Part shown: piece by piece, positions 59,096 to 64,000 of the stretch | Layout of the letters: every line of letters starts with the position of its first letter | Position numbering within the stretch: position 1 is the stretch's first letter | Translations under genes and position numbers: made by a program | The notes under the pieces: generated by a model | What the model was told of the DNA's origin: nothing | Database searches by the model: none | What the model saw: only the letters and a program-made list of their open reading frames with translations | Assembly (NCBI GenBank): GCA_050253335.1 | Contig: JBFWJG010000003.1 | Location: forward strand, 14,143-78,142 | Length of the DNA: 64,000 nt | From: Deferribacterales bacterium | Lineage (GTDB): Bacteria > Chrysiogenota > Deferribacteres > Deferribacterales > Geovibrionaceae | Direction: 5' to 3'

Positions 59096-61846
59096 CTATA
59101 TCACAGGCACTTGCGATATGAACACCGGCTTTGCCTCCGGTTTGCCGTAGAAATAGCCCTGTCCGTAATCCACACCGAGAAGGCTTATCTCACGGGCTAT
59201 GTTCTCGTTTGATATAAACTCCGCCACGGTCTTCATTCCCGAGTGTCTGGCCAGTGAGACGATGGAAGCGATGATCTCCTTCGAGGCTTCGTCATCCTCA
59301 AGCCTTTTCACGATGGAAGCGTCTATTTTAAGATAATCCGCCCTGATGTTAAGCAGGTAGTCGAAGTTGGAAAAGCCCGCCCCGAAGTCGTCTATGGAGA
59401 TTTTAGCTCCGCCGGACTTGAATTTCTCAAATATCCTGTTTGTCTCGTCAATGTTCACAAGCTCCTGAGACTCCACAATCTCTATCACGAGCCTGCCGAG
59501 GACACCGTTGTTTTTTGCCACAGTAAAGAGATAGTCCATTGTGTCGCGGTCGAAAATATCCTCAACGGAGAGATTTATGGAAAACTGATAAGGCAGGTTT
59601 TTGAACACTGCCACGGACTTTTCAATAACCCTTGCGGTAAGCCGCGGGTACATATTTGTTTTTTTGGATATATCAAGAAATTTAGCAGGGCTTATCACTT
59701 CCCCGCCGTCATCAATTATCCTCATCAGGCATTCATACTTCTCGCTTTCGCCGGTTTTCAGATCAATAATCGGTTGGTAGTACGCAGTTACACGGTCATT
59801 TTTAAGGGCGTCCGAAACTTTGCGGATTATTTCCAGATTCTCCTCAAAGTCAGCCATAATCCTGTTATCCGCTTGAGAATAAACCAGAATATCCTGCTTC
59901 AGCTTTTTGGCCCCGTTCAGCGCCATATCCGCATAGGCAAGCAGATTGTCCTTATCCGCCGCTATTCCTGCCGTGAAGTATATCCTCTTGTCCTCACCAT
60001 GACGTTCCTGAAGAACAGCACCGACTTTCCGCATTGCGGAAGCCGTGTTCTCCCTGAACGTGAGCAGATCGGCATTATTAGCCAGAATGCCGAACTTGTC
60101 CGAATGGAGCCTGTAAACAGAGTAACCGGAGAGAGAGGGGCAAGCCACAAACTCCTTCGCCGTTTCCACAAGGATGCGGTCTGCGAAATGGTTGCCGAAA
60201 AACTCATTAATCTGTTTAAAGCCTCTTATGTCGACAATAGCCAGAACAGGGTGCTCAATGGGCTCCGCATCGCTTATCAGCTTGACCCTGCTGCCAAGCC
60301 CCGTGAGGCTGTCGCTGTTGAAAAGCTCCTCTATCCTGTTGCGGTTTTCCACAAGCTCCGTTATGTCGTTCGCACAGGCGATATATTCTATCACTTCGCC
60401 GAACTCATTGAGAATCGGGGCAATTGTGGCACTTATATAAAAGCTTTCGCCGTCTTTTCTTCTGTTTCTCAGAACACCCTTCCACACCCTGCCCTTGGTG
60501 ATCGTTCCCCAGAGGTCCTTAAAGGTTTCAATGGGTGTTGTGGGATGCTTGATTATGTTGTGTCTGTTGCCGATCAGCTCGTCCCTGCCGTATCCGCTTA
60601 TCTCGCAGAACTTATCGTTCACGTATGTCATAACGCCGAATTCATCTGTTATGGTCACAACAGAGCTTTTATCAAGAATAGATTTATACTGTTCAAGGAG
60701 GTTTCTGTGCCCTTCCTGTTTTTTCTCAAGCCTGCGGATCATCCTGTATATAAGCAGTCCGGACGCAATAACCGCTATGAAAAGGTAGGCGATGACCGTC
60801 TTCACCTCAGCAATATCCTCACGGACAAGCTTTTCGATCAATGTGCGCTCTTCCTCAAGCTGATCCTCCAGATCGCTGAAATAAAATCCAGTGCCGATGA
60901 CCCAGCCCCACGGCTTATACTCCGTCACATAAGTGACTTTACGTTCCGGAACAACAGTGTCCGGTCTCGGCCAGAAATATTCAGCATAGCCGCCGCCGTT
61001 TCTGACTATTTTGTCTATCTCCTGAAAAATGTACTGTCCGTCCCTTGAGCGCATGTTTTTCAGGTTTTTACCCTCAAGCTCAGGATGTACAGGGTGTACA
61101 ACCGCCTGAAAATCAAGGGTGTTGACCCAGAAATAACCTATACCGTCTCTGCCGTAGCGCTCACGGCGGATGGAGTTTACCGCCCTTCTTTTAGCTTCCT
61201 CTTCCGAGCTTTCAATTGTGAATGAACTGCCTATGAACAAAGGAACATCTTTGAGCTTCTGAACATACCCGATCTTTCTTTCACCGCCTCCGGAGGCATT
61301 GTCCGGAATCGAATATGAGCCGAAACCGGCGCCGCTGTCCCTGAGTTCTGTCAGCGCCTTCGCAAGCCCTGAACCGCCCTGGAGGATATCCAGAATGTTT
61401 TTGTTGATGTAGTTTTTGTCCTGTTCATGAAAAATCACCGTTCCGTCCCCGGAAACGACAAAGAAATAAGAAGAGTTGTCGGCACCTTTAAAGGCGCTGA
61501 TCATTCTGGCGAAATCCGCGGTTTTATAAGACCCGCTTCTTTTAAGGCTCAGGCTGACATATTCCGCGGCGGAGGCCACCTTCAGAGCCACGGCGGATTT
61601 TCTCATTTCCAGAGTGCTTTCCCTTATGGCGTCCATCCGCTTTATCATACGCTCAGCTTCGCTCTTAACACCTGCCTGACTGTTCTCGGTAAATCTTTTT
61701 TCGAGAAGAGCCGCCCTTTCCTCATAATCGTTTTTTGCGTTCGAGTTCACAAAATACATTATTACCGCGGAAAAAATCATCGCAGTGGAGACAGAGGCGA
61801 ACAGGCTGAGCATCGAGGCGCTGTATTTGAAAGCGGGCATTTCCAC
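59096..61846 (-). CDS. Cache-PAS-degenerate GGDEF-EAL protein (likely c-di-GMP phosphodiesterase)
   Basis: Two Cache domains, PAS (YVNDKFCEISGY), HSDKF in place of GGDEF, YQPI..ECL, DDFGAGFS. Confidence 0.88.
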   Translation of the reverse strand: MEMPAFKYSASMLSLFASVSTAMIFSAVIMYFVNSNAKNDYEERAALLEKRFTENSQAGVKSEAERMIKRMDAIRESTLEMRKSAVALKVASAAEYVSLSLKRSGSYKTADFARMISAFKGADNSSYFFVVSGDGTVIFHEQDKNYINKNILDILQGGSGLAKALTELRDSGAGFGSYSIPDNASGGGERKIGYVQKLKDVPLFIGSSFTIESSEEEAKRRAVNSIRRERYGRDGIGYFWVNTLDFQAVVHPVHPELEGKNLKNMRSRDGQYIFQEIDKIVRNGGGYAEYFWPRPDTVVPERKVTYVTEYKPWGWVIGTGFYFSDLEDQLEEERTLIEKLVREDIAEVKTVIAYLFIAVIASGLLIYRMIRRLEKKQEGHRNLLEQYKSILDKSSVVTITDEFGVMTYVNDKFCEISGYGRDELIGNRHNIIKHPTTPIETFKDLWGTITKGRVWKGVLRNRRKDGESFYISATIAPILNEFGEVIEYIACANDITELVENRNRIEELFNSDSLTGLGSRVKLISDAEPIEHPVLAIVDIRGFKQINEFFGNHFADRILVETAKEFVACPSLSGYSVYRLHSDKFGILANNADLLTFRENTASAMRKVGAVLQERHGEDKRIYFTAGIAADKDNLLAYADMALNGAKKLKQDILVYSQADNRIMADFEENLEIIRKVSDALKNDRVTAYYQPIIDLKTGESEKYECLMRIIDDGGEVISPAKFLDISKKTNMYPRLTARVIEKSVAVFKNLPYQFSINLSVEDIFDRDTMDYLFTVAKNNGVLGRLVIEIVESQELVNIDETNRIFEKFKSGGAKISIDDFGAGFSNFDYLLNIRADYLKIDASIVKRLEDDEASKEIIASIVSLARHSGMKTVAEFISNENIAREISLLGVDYGQGYFYGKPEAKPVFISQVPVI

Positions 61847-61973
61847 TCCTTCAAATAAAAATTTGAAAACAATAATTCCTATATTGTAACTATTCTTTTA
61901 ACAAATAACAATCTTTCCTCTTGTATTTTTATCCGCCGGATAATAATTTATTCACCTGCGGAGAAAAATAATA

Positions 61974-62420
61974 ATGGCAAATCTGGCAACAAACAAAAAA
62001 GCATTTTTTGACTACGAGATAATTGAGAAGTTCGAAGCGGGTCTTGTTCTTCAGGGAACAGAGGTCAAGTCCGCCAAGGGCGGAAATATCAATCTCAAGG
62101 ACTCTTTCGTGAAAATCATCGGTGAGGAAATGCACCTGATCAACTGCCATATTTCCGAATATAAGCAGGGCAATATAGCTAACCATGACCCTACCCGCTC
62201 GCGCAAGCTGCTTCTGCATAAGAAAGAAATCACCCGACTCATCGGAAAGATGAATGAAAAGGGGCTCTCCGTGGTTCCCCTAAGCGTTTATCTCAATTCC
62301 CGCAACATAATCAAGGCTGAGATAGCGCTTGTTAAAGGCAAGAAAAGCCACGACAAACGGCAGACAATCAAAGAGCGCGACCTTCAGAGAGAGATAAGCA
62401 GAGAATTTAAAATCAGATAA
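61974..62420 (+). CDS. smpB: SsrA-binding protein
   Basis: NKKAFFDY..EAGLVLQGTEVKS, RKLLLHKKEI, KGKKSHDKR. Confidence 0.97.
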   Translation: MANLATNKKAFFDYEIIEKFEAGLVLQGTEVKSAKGGNINLKDSFVKIIGEEMHLINCHISEYKQGNIANHDPTRSRKLLLHKKEITRLIGKMNEKGLSVVPLSVYLNSRNIIKAEIALVKGKKSHDKRQTIKERDLQREISREFKIR

Positions 62421-62530
62421 AACCCCGCGGGTCAAACATAATATCCCGCTTCTTCAACCGTTCGGTTCGGCAGAATAATTAATACAATTTTAATCTCATT
62501 TTCCCCTTGACTGTTTTTGCCCGAGGATTA

Positions 62531-62548
62531 TGTTTGTATGTACAAGCA
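62531..62548. promoter_or_regulatory. Inverted repeat, probable MarR operator
   Basis: tgtttgta-tg-tacaagca just upstream of the marR RBS. Confidence 0.5.
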
Positions 62549-62559
62549 AGGAGAAAGCT

Positions 62560-62979
62560 ATGAAAGGTCATACCCCAAAAAAATGTCTTTATGCGGCTAG
62601 CATGGGATTTGCGAGGCAGATGTCAAAACTCGCTGAAGAATGCTTCTCGGAGACGGGGATGCACCCTTCACAGGCTTTTCTGCTTATGATTGCGGCGGAT
62701 GAGCCGGGCATAAACCCGACAAAAGCGGCCGAACTCCTCGCACTGGCTCCTTCCACCATAACCCGCTTCGCGGACGGACTGGAAAGGAAAGGATACATAA
62801 CGAGAGACAGATGCGGCAAAAACGCAGAAATGTATGCCACTGAAAAAGGCAGAGAAATGACAGAAAAAATAACAGACGCATCAGGAAGGCTTTATGAAAT
62901 TTTTTCTGAGAAACTAGGCAGAAGCGGGGCGGAAAGGCTTGCTATCTTAATAAGCGAGGCCGCGGAAAAAATGAAATAA
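62560..62979 (+). CDS. MarR-family regulator
   Basis: APSTITRFADGLERKGYI, TEKGR; AAGGAG RBS. Confidence 0.88.
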   Translation: MKGHTPKKCLYAASMGFARQMSKLAEECFSETGMHPSQAFLLMIAADEPGINPTKAAELLALAPSTITRFADGLERKGYITRDRCGKNAEMYATEKGREMTEKITDASGRLYEIFSEKLGRSGAERLAILISEAAEKMK

Positions 62980-63020
62980 ATCTATATCAGATAATAAGAA
63001 CAAGGTTTAAGGAGGATATT

Positions 63021-63548
63021 ATGAAAACTCTCGTGCTTTACGGACACTCATCACCCGAACAGTCGTTTTCGAATGCCGTCATAGTCGGTGAACTGGCAAA
63101 ACTGCCTGATGTTAAAGTCAGAACACTGGCAGAGAAAAGGGTGAACGGTCATTTTGATGTACCGGCAGAACAGAATGAGCTTTTAGAGGCGGATAGAATT
63201 GTTTTCCAATTTCCCTTTAACTGGTACAGCCTCCCGTGGTTGCTGAAACAGTGGATTGACGAGGTTCTCACATACGGATTCGCATACGGCGAAGGCGGAG
63301 ACAAACTCAAAGGCAAGCTGGTAATCCTTTCTTTCACCACTGGTGTTCCGGCGGAAGGATATATAAGCCCCACTACGGAAGAACTTCTGCTTCCGGTTAA
63401 GCAGACTCTGGCGCTTACGCAGGTCAAGCTGGAGAAGAGCGAATCATCCAACGGAATGATGTATATCCCCGGCTTTGCGGGCGACAAAAACGAGGTTCAG
63501 GCAAAAGCCCTCGCACATGCGAAAAGGCTCGCAGCAAGGCTTAAATAG
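63021..63548 (+). CDS. NAD(P)H-dependent oxidoreductase, flavodoxin_2 family
   Basis: FQFPFNWYSLPWLLKQWIDEV..GFAYG..LKGK. Confidence 0.88.
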   Translation: MKTLVLYGHSSPEQSFSNAVIVGELAKLPDVKVRTLAEKRVNGHFDVPAEQNELLEADRIVFQFPFNWYSLPWLLKQWIDEVLTYGFAYGEGGDKLKGKLVILSFTTGVPAEGYISPTTEELLLPVKQTLALTQVKLEKSESSNGMMYIPGFAGDKNEVQAKALAHAKRLAARLK

Positions 63549-63653
63549 AAATCATGAAGCGTGCCTTCCCCCCGGGGCGGGCACGCCTTTTGTCCGGCGG
63601 ATGTACAAAGATCTTGCACTAAATCTCCGAACATATATACTAACTGTCCTCAT

Positions 63654-63998
63654 GGGGGCGATTGGTTTCGACGGGGAATCGTAGGTCCTGGGAGCATGCC
63701 GAGGTCGGCACCTCGTAAAACAGCCGGCAAATAGTAACTGCAAACGAAGAATTTGCACTCGCTGCTTAATTGACGGCGACGCACAGAGCGAGGCCTGCTC
63801 ACGGCTGACCCGAGTGCGCCAAACAATAGTGAGCCAAGCCCTTTGAACCGCCTTGCGCAAAGGGACTGAAACCTAAAGGCTTACTTTAAATCATAGCTGT
63901 CTGTGGCTGAGATTTAAGGGACACCTGATCACAGAACAAGCATGTAGCGCCTTCGGCTGTAAGTTTTCCGGACGCGGGTTCGATTCCCGCCGCCTCCA
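63654..63998 (+). ncRNA. ssrA: tmRNA, tag peptide ANEEFALAA (63740-63769)
   Basis: 5' GGGGGCGATTGGTTTCGAC, 3' GCGGGTTCGATTCCCGCCGCCTCCA; sigma70 promoter TTGCAC-16-TATACT upstream; near smpB; CCA not encoded. Confidence 0.96.
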
Positions 63999-64000
63999 TA

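Noticed and set aside
59774..61048. 424-aa ORF on the + strand
   Set aside because: Antisense shadow of the EAL-domain gene.
63990..64000. Island integrated at the tmRNA 3' end
   Set aside because: The window ends 2 bp after the gene, so there is no evidence either way.

Overview
Bacterial chromosomal window, with gene content and style tentatively pointing to Deferribacterota (inference only). Bases 1-14480 are the right end of an F-type (MPF-F) integrative conjugative element: partial traN, an unknown ORF, traH and traG. These are followed by two tandem small membrane-protein cassettes with a constant N-terminus and variable C-terminus (candidate entry-exclusion genes). Next come AT-rich cargo genes (SF1 helicase, Lit/U49-like HExxH peptidase, HigBA-type and DinJ-YafQ toxin-antitoxin pairs). 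The element ends at a duplicated tRNA 3' end (att site, 14457-14480). Host DNA follows: a lipoprotein pair, then an arsenic island (arrAB plus a TorD chaperone under a sigma54 promoter, arrTSR-type regulators, arsC, arsM, acr3). After that come nfnAB, a two-component system preceded by an unannotated 28-aa membrane peptide, an M23 peptidase, proS, pilB/pilC-like genes, chrA, upp and uraA. The rest holds a structured ~94-bp repeat array with covarying stems (also found after ahpC), an MCP, a PilZ protein, ahpC, a cytoplasmic double-Cache/CheW protein, PBP1A, uvrB, a hemerythrin, an EAL protein, smpB and tmRNA. The best candidates for novelty are the TraG C-terminus/exclusion cassette array, the toxin-antitoxin/peptidase/helicase putative defence operon, the covarying repeat family, the Asp-for-Cys FS0 ligand in ArrA and the predicted ArrR binding sites. 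All product calls come from motif recognition; no database searches were run.
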